DNA of 64,000 nucleotides from an uncultured Bacteroidaceae bacterium. GTDB lineage: Bacteria > Bacteroidota > Bacteroidia > Bacteroidales > SM23-62. Where the stretch lies: contig CAYOPZ010000013.1 in NCBI GenBank assembly GCA_964406005.1, positions 886 through 64,885 of the forward strand. The letters run 5' to 3'. Shown here piece by piece: positions 29,615 to 39,287 of this stretch; the stretch's first letter is position 1; each line of letters starts with the position of its first letter. The position numbers were made by a program, and so were the translations under genes. The notes under the pieces were generated by a model. It was not told the origin of the DNA. It worked only from the letters and a program-made list of their open reading frames with translations, and searched no databases.

Positions 29615-29719
29615 AACCGGCCTTCCGGAAACCATGGACGGCACGCAATTTAACTTGCTGAATAATAATATATTAATCTATATTAATTTTCAATTTTACT
29701 TTTATATTATATTTATCCT

Positions 29720-29727
29720 TAATTTTG
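29720..29727 (+). promoter_or_regulatory. -7 element TAATTTTG of the ECF sigma gene
   Basis: TAnnTTTG match in an AT-rich region; supports the start at 29781 rather than 29634. Confidence 0.55.
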
Positions 29728-29780
29728 AAATGGTAATAAAAAGCCGACGACACAAACAGTATTTTCGTCATTTTGGCTTT

Positions 29781-30377
29781 ATGGAAATTAATTCCATTGC
29801 TGTGTCAATAGATAAAACGATAATAGAAAAATTCAAGGAGGGTGATACGATTGCATTTGATTCAATATATCATACGTACAGCGGAAAACTGCATAATTTC
29901 GCTTTTGGATTACTTAAGAATTCCGATGACTCACGTGAACTTATACAGGAGGTGTTCGTCAATTTATGGGAAAAGCGGAGCCAGGTGGATACTGCATTGA
30001 ACTTTGAGAATTACATATTCACAATTACCTATAACTCCATCAGGAAGTTCTTCAGAAAGAAGGCTATGGAAAACAGAATCAAAGACTACCTGTTTAAGCA
30101 TTCTCCCGAAGCAGTTGAGAATAATGATGCTTCAGTCATCTATGACGAATTACTGGAATTGGTGAAGAAGACCGTTGAAAAACTGCCACCGAAAAGAAAG
30201 GCCGTTTATAAGCTAAGCAGGTATGAAGGGATGGGCGTAAAGGAAATCGCCAGCAAGTTGAACATATCCAAACGCACTGCTGAAAACCATCTGGCCAGGG
30301 CATTGAAAAATCTGAAAAAGGAATTGTCGGGTATTTCCATGCTTGCTTTATTGTTTTACCACCTATTCCTGGGTTAA
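29781..30377 (+). CDS. ECF sigma-70 factor (Bacteroides PUL type)
   Basis: QEVFVNLWEKR, LPPKRKAVYKLSR and EIASKLNISKRTAENH motifs; upstream of fecR-susC. Confidence 0.93.
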   Translation: MEINSIAVSIDKTIIEKFKEGDTIAFDSIYHTYSGKLHNFAFGLLKNSDDSRELIQEVFVNLWEKRSQVDTALNFENYIFTITYNSIRKFFRKKAMENRIKDYLFKHSPEAVENNDASVIYDELLELVKKTVEKLPPKRKAVYKLSRYEGMGVKEIASKLNISKRTAENHLARALKNLKKELSGISMLALLFYHLFLG

Positions 30378-30578
30378 TATGCCAGGACTCCCTGTTCTGT
30401 TTCCTGTATCTTCAGGTTTAATATTGCGGCTTTCTTATCCGGTCAATTTGGAATACATGCATTATGACCTGAAAAAATCCGGATTCTGAGTGAGTATTAT
30501 GACCTGCTTCTGGATATATATTAATGAATAGCAGTTCATCTGTTTGTAAGGACCATTTGGTTTAGTGGTTAATTTCAG

Positions 30579-30623
30579 GCAGACTGAAAGTACCCGTTTT
30601 CGGGTACTTTCAGCTGCTTTTTT
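30579..30623 (+). terminator. Strong intrinsic terminator-like hairpin directly upstream of fecR
   Basis: Perfect 13-bp stem CTGAAAGTACCCG-TTTT-CGGGTACTTTCAG, extended by GCAG/CTGC and followed by T6. Confidence 0.75.
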
Positions 30624-30639
30624 AATAAATTTCAATGAA

Positions 30640-31875
30640 ATGAGTTCAGATGATAAAAAAAACAGGCAATTCAATATCCTGAAAAAATACTTTGAGGATG
30701 CGGCAACGAAGGAAGAGGAAGAATTGGTAAATGAATGGTTCAGTGATCCTGAGAACGTTTCCGGATTTAAAGATTCCCTCAGGTTTTTATGGCAGGAAAC
30801 AAATCCCGGGATCAGAAGACGGGGAATTGATCTGGATGCATTGCTCGACAAGGTTCATCATGTGATTAATCTTAGCGGGAAAAAGGAACAAATCAAGTCA
30901 TTGCCTGTTCAATCCGGAGCTGACGGTCCGTTCGGCCATATTCTTCGGAATATTGCACGGGTTGCTGCCATATTGTTATTGCCGTTGATGGCATATATTG
31001 GCTGGGAGATTTACAGCCAGAAAATGTGGGAAAACAGTCAGGCCCTTGTTGTATATAATGAAATCATATGTCCTCTTGGTGCGCGAAGCCGGTTTGATCT
31101 GCCGGACGGAACCCAGGGTTGGCTGAACAATGGAAGCCGGTTGAAATACCCGGTAATGTTCTTGGGAAAATCAAGGGAAATCGAACTTACAGGGGAGGCT
31201 TATTTTGATGTTGCACATGACAGGAACAGGCCTTTTATCATCAATACGGACGGTCTGGATATCAGGGTGCTGGGAACAAGGTTGAATGTCCAGGCTTACC
31301 CTGAGGAGAACTACCAGACCGTTACGCTGGAAAGCGGATCTGCGGAACTGATCGGACGGAACAGGGACAGGGAATTATCAGTGATAGAAATGAAACCGGG
31401 ACAGCATGCAGTTTATTATATTAATAAGAATCACATGGATATTGGTCCGGTGGAAAACCAACAAAGAAAAGAAATCTCAATCGATATGAGGGATGAGAAA
31501 AGCAAAACGGCGAATCCGGATAAGGAACCTGCGGATCGGACAGAATTCGAGATGGTAAACGGTAAAGTGGATGTCGGATTTGAAGAAACCTCGAATTATA
31601 CGGTCTGGAAGGACGGCAAACTTGTACTGAGGAACGACCCCATGTCTGTTATGTTAAACAGGATCGGGCGCTGGTATAATGTAAAATTCAATATCACGGA
31701 CAAACGTATAAATGAATATACATACTGGGCGACTTTCGAAGAGGAGAACCTTGACAAGGTACTGGAAATGTTATCGCTGACCGGACCCATCGATTTTGTA
31801 AAAAGACCCAGAAAGCAAATGAGAGACGGTACGTATGCAGTACAGGAAATAGATATTACGATCAAAGATGATTAA
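30640..31875 (+). CDS. fecR: FecR-family anti-sigma factor (with C-terminal DUF4974-like domain)
   Basis: TM helix, LPDGT..WLN..S.L.YP, GEAYFDVAH, VLGT.LNV and W..G.L....P....L..I.RWY motifs. Confidence 0.92.
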   Translation: MSSDDKKNRQFNILKKYFEDAATKEEEELVNEWFSDPENVSGFKDSLRFLWQETNPGIRRRGIDLDALLDKVHHVINLSGKKEQIKSLPVQSGADGPFGHILRNIARVAAILLLPLMAYIGWEIYSQKMWENSQALVVYNEIICPLGARSRFDLPDGTQGWLNNGSRLKYPVMFLGKSREIELTGEAYFDVAHDRNRPFIINTDGLDIRVLGTRLNVQAYPEENYQTVTLESGSAELIGRNRDRELSVIEMKPGQHAVYYINKNHMDIGPVENQQRKEISIDMRDEKSKTANPDKEPADRTEFEMVNGKVDVGFEETSNYTVWKDGKLVLRNDPMSVMLNRIGRWYNVKFNITDKRINEYTYWATFEEENLDKVLEMLSLTGPIDFVKRPRKQMRDGTYAVQEIDITIKDD

Positions 31876-31911
31876 AAAATTATACAAACATTAAAATTTA
31901 TTGCCTATGAT

Positions 31912-31946
31912 AAAAAAATCAGGAAAGTGCCGCAACACTTTCCTGA
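31912..31946 (-). terminator. Minus-strand intrinsic terminator between fecR and susC
   Basis: 11-bp stem TCAGGAAAGTG-CCGCAA-CACTTTCCTGA preceded by A7, which reads as a U-tract on the minus strand. Confidence 0.7.
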
Positions 31947-32017
31947 ATGAAATTTAGCATCAAACTTTAGAACCAAATGTGCAATCGTTGGAATTTCTAA
32001 TAAGTCTAACACTAAAT
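31912..32017 (-). ncRNA. Predicted cis-antisense sRNA to the susC leader (DonS-like), about 105 nt
   Basis: A minus-strand -7 element TAATTTTG (plus-strand CAAAATTA, 32023-32030) overlaps the susC ATG, and the minus-strand terminator lies at 31912-31946. The 5' end is approximate. Confidence 0.55.
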
Positions 32018-32029
32018 CCATTCAAAATT

Positions 32030-35000
32030 ATGAAAAAAAAACGTGACTTAATCCGGATTCTCCCCGGATTTTGCTCCCTTTCAAAAATCCTAAGACCTAT
32101 GAAATTAACTACTCTCTTCCTGGTAGTCACAGGATTTCAGGTAATTTCCGCAATGACATACTCGCAGTCAACAGAACTGAGCCTGGATCTTGGAAAAACC
32201 ACGGTAGAACAGGTGTTGAAAGAGATCGAGAACCTAAGCGAATACTACTTCCTGTTCAATCAGAAACTGGTCAATGTGTCCCGTGAAGTCAATGTAAATG
32301 TATCGAACCAGAAAATTGACAAGATACTGGCCAATGTTTTCGAAGGAACAGATGTGGACTTTGTTGTAATGGACCGGCAGATTATCCTGTCCCCGAGAAA
32401 ATACCTGAAAAATATTAAATCGGAGCAACCCGCCAGCACAATCACGGGAACGGTAACCGATGCTTCAACCGGCGAGCCCCTTCCCGGGGTTTACGTCATT
32501 GTTGAGGGCACCACACAGGGTGCGATCACCAATGTCGACGGCAGTTACAGCCTGGAGGTGTCGGGAGAGGATGCAGTATTGAGAATCTCCTGCGTGGGTT
32601 ACGAAACACAAGAGATACCTGTCGGTTCCAGGTCTGTCATTGATGTGCAGATGGTAACGGAAATCACTGAACTTACGACTGTTGTTGTTACGGGTTATTC
32701 ATCCGAGCAGAAGAAAGACATCATCGGTTCCGTGGCAGTGGTCAATACGGAAGATATGATGCAGACAAATACGGCAACCGTCGGGGGCCAGTTACAGGGC
32801 CGTGCTTCAGGAGTATTTGTTACAAGCAACGGTGATCCGGATGCCAATGCCAAAGTGAGGATCAGGGGATTCGGATCTTTCGGAGGTTCGACCCCCCTGT
32901 ATATTATTGACGGGGTCCCGGCCGATGAAAATGCGTTCAACAGCCTGAATCCGAATGATGTGGAATCCATCCAGGTGCTGAAAGATGCGTCCTCGGCATC
33001 CATATACGGGGCCCGTGCGGCAAGCGGAGTTGTGATCATTTCAACCAAGCAGGGTCAATCCGGAAGGACAAAGGTGTCCCTCGATGTATACTCGGGAATA
33101 AACTATGTGAGTTCCAAGGATTTTCCCGAATTATTGAATGCCGAGGAGTACGGAGAGTACTGGTGGAAATCCTATGAAGGAGCGGGTATTACGCCTAACC
33201 ATGCACAATACGGTTTAGGGGCGGAACCCAGTATCCCCGAATATCTGAAGGCCGGAACCTGGACGGGGGATCAGCTTGAAAATCTCAAAACATCAGATCC
33301 GGCATTGTTCGCCCAGGTTACGGATCCGTCGCTTTATGATTTCGAGACTTACCAGATCGTTAAATCTGCAGATACGGACTGGTTCGATAAAGTGTTCAAT
33401 CCGGCGCAAATCACCAGCGTTCAGCTGGGTGCTACAGGGGGGTCTGAAAACGGAACATATGCCTTGAGCCTGAGATATTACGACCAGGATAACACTTCGA
33501 ACGAATGGGCTGATTTCAAACGTTATACGGTGCGCAGCAATTCTTCTTTCAATATTACCGATAATGTCAGGATTGGAGAAAACCTTCAGGTGGCATACAC
33601 CCATCAGAAAGGAAGCGGAAGCGGATCACCGAGCAGGTTAATGAACCCTCTACTCCCGGTCTATGATATTATGGGTATGCCCGCCAGCGGTGCGGTTGCA
33701 GGCATGGGGAATGCTCGTAATCCTATAGGCGACAGATGGCGCAGCAGGTTTGATAAATCGAATTCCACCCGCATTTTCGGCAATGTCTATGGCGAAGTGA
33801 CCCTGTTCAATGACCTGGTGGCACGCACAACCCTGGGGGTCAGTTACAGCAACTCGTCAAGCTGGAACCTATCCCAGCAGACATACGAACATGCTGAAAA
33901 TACCAGCATAAGCTCATTGGCGCAGAGTTCGAGATTATCGTCATCCTGGACATGGACGAACACGCTTGTCTACACCAAAACTTTCGGAAATCATTCGCTG
34001 AATATAGTGGCGGGAACGGAAGCGATACAGGATTACACTGAGAGTGTTACCGGAAACCGCCAGGATTATGATATTAACGATGATCCCAATTTCGTGATGC
34101 TGAACACTGGCCTCGGATTACAGACAAACAGCGGTGACTTCAGCAGAGAGTCCCTTGCATCCCTGTTCGGGAAACTCGACTACTCCTATGCAGACAAATA
34201 CTTGTTGAACGCCACGTTACGTCGGGACGGATCTTCCAAGTTCGGGGAGAATAACCGTTACGGGATTTTTCCTGCCGTTGGAATCGGCTGGAGAATATCA
34301 CAGGAGAATTTCATGCAGGGGCTGAGCTGGCTGGACGACCTGAAGCTCAGGGGCAGCTATGGTGTTATCGGGAATCAGACCGGGCTGGGGGCGCAGAACC
34401 AGTATACACGCTATACAAAAAACCTCGGAGACGGCTATGCGATAAATGGCGGCAATACCCTGTTACCGGGTTTTGTCATTGATGCCATCGGGAACCCCGA
34501 TGCACGCTGGGAGAAAAGCATTACCACGAATGCCGGTTTTGACATGACCATGTACAGGGGCAGGCTCTCTCTCAGTTTTGAATACTATATCAAGGAGACG
34601 GAAGACCTTCTGGTCGAGAACCAGGCCCCGGAAACCGGCTCAAGTGCTTCACAGCCCGATGTGAACATCGGCAATATGACGAACAAGGGGATCGATGCGA
34701 ACGTGACGGCCAGAGGGAATATCCTGAGTGACCTGTCATACGAGGTCACCGCTACATTCAGTCATTACAAGAATACGGTCGACAAGGTCCTCGACAGTGA
34801 GGATTCATTTCTCAGCGGGGCAAGCGACCAGGACATGGGTGTTATTACCCGAACGGAAAAGGGGAATCCCATATCCTATCTCTGGGGATATGAGGTGGAT
34901 GGCTTTTTCAATACACAGGCAGAGGCAGATGCCTATGCTGCAGAATACAGCAGCTGGATTACCCCGGAAGTCGGAAGATGGAGGATAAAGGACCAGAATG

Positions 35001-35563
35001 GTGACAAAATCATCGATGAGGAGGACCGGGTGCAGATAGGGAGCCCTCATCCGGATTTCCAGGTTGGATTCAATGTTTCACTGGCATACAAGAATTTTGA
35101 CCTGAGCTCCTTTATTTTCTGGAACCAGGGAGGACAGATATTCAGCACGTATCGCCGTGACCAGGACATGAACCTGTGGCAGTATAACAGAAGCAAGCGG
35201 ATGCTGTACGACTCCTGGACACCGGACAATACAGATGCCCTGCTGCCCAAGCTCGATATCAACGACACCGAATCGAAATCCTTTCCGACCGATTATTACG
35301 TGGAAGACATAACCTACGTAAGACTGAAAACCCTGCAGTTGGGATATACCCTTCCGCAAAGCCTTACAAGCAGGTTAAATATCGAAAGGATGAGGATATA
35401 CGTTCAGGGACAGAATCTGCTGACAATACTCGGAGGCGACAAACCCTTCACCGGGCTCGATCCGGATGCCTCCCTGTCAGGTACAGATATCTCTATGGGT
35501 GTTGTCTCGAGCCAGAATCCGACGCCCAGGCAATTTGTCGTTGGCTTGAACCTCGAATTCTGA
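32030..35563 (+). CDS. susC: SusC/RagA TonB-dependent transporter with N-terminal STN signalling domain
   Basis: NPNDVESIQVLKDASSASIYGARAASGVVIISTK signature, STN and carboxypeptidase-like domains, RRDGSSKFG, C-terminal LNLEF. Confidence 0.96.
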   Translation: MKKKRDLIRILPGFCSLSKILRPMKLTTLFLVVTGFQVISAMTYSQSTELSLDLGKTTVEQVLKEIENLSEYYFLFNQKLVNVSREVNVNVSNQKIDKILANVFEGTDVDFVVMDRQIILSPRKYLKNIKSEQPASTITGTVTDASTGEPLPGVYVIVEGTTQGAITNVDGSYSLEVSGEDAVLRISCVGYETQEIPVGSRSVIDVQMVTEITELTTVVVTGYSSEQKKDIIGSVAVVNTEDMMQTNTATVGGQLQGRASGVFVTSNGDPDANAKVRIRGFGSFGGSTPLYIIDGVPADENAFNSLNPNDVESIQVLKDASSASIYGARAASGVVIISTKQGQSGRTKVSLDVYSGINYVSSKDFPELLNAEEYGEYWWKSYEGAGITPNHAQYGLGAEPSIPEYLKAGTWTGDQLENLKTSDPALFAQVTDPSLYDFETYQIVKSADTDWFDKVFNPAQITSVQLGATGGSENGTYALSLRYYDQDNTSNEWADFKRYTVRSNSSFNITDNVRIGENLQVAYTHQKGSGSGSPSRLMNPLLPVYDIMGMPASGAVAGMGNARNPIGDRWRSRFDKSNSTRIFGNVYGEVTLFNDLVARTTLGVSYSNSSSWNLSQQTYEHAENTSISSLAQSSRLSSSWTWTNTLVYTKTFGNHSLNIVAGTEAIQDYTESVTGNRQDYDINDDPNFVMLNTGLGLQTNSGDFSRESLASLFGKLDYSYADKYLLNATLRRDGSSKFGENNRYGIFPAVGIGWRISQENFMQGLSWLDDLKLRGSYGVIGNQTGLGAQNQYTRYTKNLGDGYAINGGNTLLPGFVIDAIGNPDARWEKSITTNAGFDMTMYRGRLSLSFEYYIKETEDLLVENQAPETGSSASQPDVNIGNMTNKGIDANVTARGNILSDLSYEVTATFSHYKNTVDKVLDSEDSFLSGASDQDMGVITRTEKGNPISYLWGYEVDGFFNTQAEADAYAAEYSSWITPEVGRWRIKDQNGDKIIDEEDRVQIGSPHPDFQVGFNVSLAYKNFDLSSFIFWNQGGQIFSTYRRDQDMNLWQYNRSKRMLYDSWTPDNTDALLPKLDINDTESKSFPTDYYVEDITYVRLKTLQLGYTLPQSLTSRLNIERMRIYVQGQNLLTILGGDKPFTGLDPDASLSGTDISMGVVSSQNPTPRQFVVGLNLEF

Positions 35564-35595
35564 TTTGACAAAACAAAATGTTAATAACGATGAAT

Positions 35596-37389
35596 ATGAA
35601 AACAAGAAAAATAATATATACAGGATTAATTACACTGGTATTCCTGGGCGCATCTGTTTCCTGCTCGGACGATTTTCTTGATCAGCCTGCGATCGGGGCC
35701 TATGATGCCAGTGTGTTATCGGACGCTGAAGGCGTGAATTCCCTTCTGCTTGGAATATACAGCAAGCTCAGCGGAACAAACAGTAGTTTTGCGGGATTGC
35801 TCTCTACCCCCTGGACAGCGATGCTGGGCTCTGTAAGGGGCGGAGAGTCACTTGTAGGTACAGAACCGGGAGACGGCGCATCCTGGGAACCCTTTGCAAA
35901 CTGGAACATTCCTACAACCATTCGGTTCGTTCCAGCTGTATTTTCACATTATTATAATGCGATCAGTATGGTAAACCAGCTTCTGACCATTGTCCCGGAT
36001 GTGGAAGAAATGAGTCAAAGTGAGAAAGAGGCAATTATGGGCGAGGCACGATTTTTACGGGCACATTTTTATTTCATATTGAAACGGAACTTCGGGAATA
36101 TTCCCTGGGTCGATGAAACACATGGATTGAATGTCAGGCAACCTAATACCGACGAAAGCGGAAACTTTGTGAACATCTGGCCTGAGATCGAAGAGGACAT
36201 GCAGTACGCCATCGATCACCTCCCGTCCATACAGTCGGATGTAGGAAGAGTGAACTCATGGGCGGCAAAGGCTTATATGGTAAAAATCCTTATAGAACAG
36301 AAAAAGTACGATGCCACGACATATAACCTTTGCATGGATGTCGTGAACAACGGAGTTACCTCATCCGGGGAAAAATACGGATTGATGCCCCATTATCACG
36401 ACAATTTCGATCCGGAACAGGAGAATAACAAGGAAAATGTATTCCAGGTCCAGATTGCCGTGAACACGGGTGCCGGAGGAGGTTTTTTCGGGGCCGCATC
36501 ATATAATCCGGAAAATATATGGATGGGATTCCAGCGCCCGGGAAGCCCGGGATACGGAAGAGGCTGGGGCTATATTTCACCGAGCCAGTGGTTTGTCGAT
36601 CATTTCAGGGTCAATCCCGCTACGGGGCTGCCCTACCTGGATTATTACGAAACCAACCCGAACCCCGTAAAGAATGACTATGGACTGGCCAGTACAGATC
36701 CGTTCACCCCGACGACCGAATCGCTTGATCCGAGGCTTGACTGGAGTGTCGGAAGACGCGGTATACCATACCTGGACTGGGGCGTAATGCCCGGACCGGA
36801 CTGGATGAGGGATGCGACAGGCCAATACAACGGACCTTACATACATAAGAAAGATATGTACTACGATGCTTTCGAGGGAACCCAAAACCAGGTCGGATCT
36901 GTCTGGAATGCAATCAACGGGCATGTGATCCGTTTTGCGGATGTATTGCTGTGGGCGGCCGAACTGGAGGTCAGGGCCAACAATAACCTGGCGGCCTCAG
37001 CGGACTTTGTGAACCAGGTAAGGGAAAGGATGGAGGATCAGTCAGGATGGGTGATGAACGAAGCGGGGGATGCGCCGGCAGCGAATTATATGATCGGAGA
37101 GTACCCGGCATTTGCCTCGGAAGACGAGGCCCTGACGGCCATTCTGTTTGAGCGTACACTGGAGCTCGGCCTTGAAGGGCACCGCTTTTATGATGTGGTC
37201 CGTTTCGGTGAAGAATACATACAAAAGGAGTTTGATGATTATGCTACATTCCAGACCCAGTACACAGGCTACATGTTGGGAGCACATTTCGAGAGAGATA
37301 AGGACGAAATTTTGCCCATTCCCCAGGATGCCATTATAAACAGCCAGGTGGAAGGAGTGCCAACACTCACGCAGAATCCGGGTTATTAG
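35596..37389 (+). CDS. susD: SusD/RagB glycan-binding lipoprotein
   Basis: Lipobox SVSC, GEARFLRAHFYF, IRFADVLLWAAE, ERTLELGLEGHRFYDVVR and C-terminal QNPGY. Confidence 0.95.
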   Translation: MKTRKIIYTGLITLVFLGASVSCSDDFLDQPAIGAYDASVLSDAEGVNSLLLGIYSKLSGTNSSFAGLLSTPWTAMLGSVRGGESLVGTEPGDGASWEPFANWNIPTTIRFVPAVFSHYYNAISMVNQLLTIVPDVEEMSQSEKEAIMGEARFLRAHFYFILKRNFGNIPWVDETHGLNVRQPNTDESGNFVNIWPEIEEDMQYAIDHLPSIQSDVGRVNSWAAKAYMVKILIEQKKYDATTYNLCMDVVNNGVTSSGEKYGLMPHYHDNFDPEQENNKENVFQVQIAVNTGAGGGFFGAASYNPENIWMGFQRPGSPGYGRGWGYISPSQWFVDHFRVNPATGLPYLDYYETNPNPVKNDYGLASTDPFTPTTESLDPRLDWSVGRRGIPYLDWGVMPGPDWMRDATGQYNGPYIHKKDMYYDAFEGTQNQVGSVWNAINGHVIRFADVLLWAAELEVRANNNLAASADFVNQVRERMEDQSGWVMNEAGDAPAANYMIGEYPAFASEDEALTAILFERTLELGLEGHRFYDVVRFGEEYIQKEFDDYATFQTQYTGYMLGAHFERDKDEILPIPQDAIINSQVEGVPTLTQNPGY

Positions 37390-37422
37390 AAATCGCATAT
37401 CATCCCGTTTGCCAGAATGAAC

Positions 37423-37464
37423 TGTAGAAACCGCCACTGAACGCCTGGAGGGGCGGTTTCTGCA
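37423..37464 (+). other. Stem-loop between susD and DUF1593 (possible mRNA stability or partial termination element)
   Basis: TGTAGAAACCGCC ... GGCGGTTTCTGCA inverted repeat with no U-tract. Confidence 0.55.
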
Positions 37465-37499
37465 TTAAAACCGGTTATAATTGTAATAAACAAAGGAAA

Positions 37500-39026
37500 A
37501 TGAAAAAAGCATTTCTATTGACCCTGGCTTTTGCAATGGCATACATTTCAGTGGATTGCAAGGGGCCTTCAGAACCTGATGCCGGCGTTGCAGTGACCAT
37601 GAAACCGCGTACCATTGTCACTACCGACGGTGAGGTGGATGACCAGAATTCCTTTCACAGGTTGTTATTGTATGCCAATGAATTTGACCTGGAGGGGCTG
37701 ATCTATTCCAGTTCGCAATGGCATTATTCCGGAGACGGGAAGGGAACCCTTTTTACATCCGAAATGCCGTCAACGGCAAGGCGTTACGGTGAGAGAACCG
37801 ATCTGAGGTGGTCCGGGACAGCGTGGATGCAGGAACTTATCGATAAATACGCGTCCGTATATGATAACCTGTTGAAAAACGACGGGGATTATCCTTCACC
37901 CGAATACCTTAAAAGCATCGTCAAAGTCGGCAATATCGAGTTTGAAGGGGAGATGTCGAAGGACACCGAAGGTTCCGACCGGATCAAATCCATACTGCTT
38001 GACGATGAGCCGGGGCCTGTCTATGTCCAGATATGGGGAGGCACGAACACGCTTGCCCGTGCGCTAAAGTCAATTGAAGACGAGTATAGAAACACCGGTC
38101 AATGGGCAGAGGTTTATCGAAAGGTATCCGACAAGACATTCATTTATACCGTCCTCGACCAGGATGCCACGTATAACAATTACGTGGCGCCCAACTGGCC
38201 CGGCATAAGGGTGATTTACAATTCCTCCCAGTTCTGGAGCTTCGCGTATATGTGGGCAAGGGTCGTGCCGGATACGTTAAAGCCTTTTTTTGGAGGTGAG
38301 TGGATTTCAGAAAATATCAAATTCGGCCACGGCCCGCTGCTGGAATCCTATTACACCTGGGGTGACGGCCAGCATATCCCGGATGATCCGGAGCATAACC
38401 AGGGAGATTCGCTTGAAATGGCGGGACGCGGGCGCACACAATACGACTTTATCGCCGAAGGCGATTCCCCGTCTTTCTTTTTCCTGCTTGATTACGGTTT
38501 AAGAAGCATGGAGGATCCGGCGTACGGGGGCCTCGGCGGGCGTTTCGTCCGGTCCGCTGCAAATCCGAGACGCTGGGAAGACGGGCGGGATGTGGCCGAT
38601 TTCGATCCCTACACCGGTGAACGTGAAACCTCCTACCCGCAGATACGCTGGCTCGAGACCCTTCAGAACGATTTTGCCGCACGGGCCGACTGGTGCGTAA
38701 TGGAGTATGAAGATGCCAATCATGCCCCTGTCGTTCACCTTGAACATCCTGCAGACATAACCGCACAGCCCGGTGACAGGGTGCAACTGGAGGGTGTTGC
38801 GGAAGACCCGGACGGTGACCGGCTTGAATATCACTGGTGGCAGTACGTTGAGGCGGGAACCTGTGATCATGAAGTTTCCGTTGAGGGATCGGGAAGCAGC
38901 AGCGCTTCCTTCATTATGCCACAGGATGCGGAAACGGGAAGTACGGTTCACATGATTCTCGAGGTTAAGGACGGGGGAAATCCGCGACTTACAAGGTACC
39001 GGCGTGTCATTGTCACAACGGGCTGA
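37500..39026 (+). CDS. DUF1593 nucleoside-hydrolase-like lipoprotein with C-terminal Ig domain (copy 1)
   Basis: PRTIVTTDGEVDD..S..R.LLY.N, WGG.NTLA.AL, EGDSPSF, QNDFAARADW and LTRYRRVIV motifs. Confidence 0.88.
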   Translation: MKKAFLLTLAFAMAYISVDCKGPSEPDAGVAVTMKPRTIVTTDGEVDDQNSFHRLLLYANEFDLEGLIYSSSQWHYSGDGKGTLFTSEMPSTARRYGERTDLRWSGTAWMQELIDKYASVYDNLLKNDGDYPSPEYLKSIVKVGNIEFEGEMSKDTEGSDRIKSILLDDEPGPVYVQIWGGTNTLARALKSIEDEYRNTGQWAEVYRKVSDKTFIYTVLDQDATYNNYVAPNWPGIRVIYNSSQFWSFAYMWARVVPDTLKPFFGGEWISENIKFGHGPLLESYYTWGDGQHIPDDPEHNQGDSLEMAGRGRTQYDFIAEGDSPSFFFLLDYGLRSMEDPAYGGLGGRFVRSAANPRRWEDGRDVADFDPYTGERETSYPQIRWLETLQNDFAARADWCVMEYEDANHAPVVHLEHPADITAQPGDRVQLEGVAEDPDGDRLEYHWWQYVEAGTCDHEVSVEGSGSSSASFIMPQDAETGSTVHMILEVKDGGNPRLTRYRRVIVTTG

Positions 39027-39287
39027 GATCGTAACGTTTTGTTCTTTTTAGGAATCATCGGCTCGGAACATCTTATTGGCCTGGCCTTTCAACTGATAGG
39101 CTCCATCTCAATGTGCAGGAGGGACCTGCTGTTAATGCAAGTCTGATCGATCTGGGTGAGCGTTTCAGTATCATTGTGAATTCTGTTGATTGTGTAAAAC
39201 CCGATGCGGATATGCCCGGGCTTCCGGTGGCTATGGCTTTGCGGATCCCACGGCTGATACATATGTCTTAATAACTCAAAAAAAATC

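Noticed and set aside
29634-29780. N-terminal extension of the ECF sigma ORF
   Set aside because: AT-rich promoter sequence containing the -7 element; the real start is most likely 29781.
39027-39287. 260-bp intergenic region between DUF1593 and GH2 as a possible ncRNA or gene remnant
   Set aside because: No convincing stems, repeats or coding similarity could be identified by eye.
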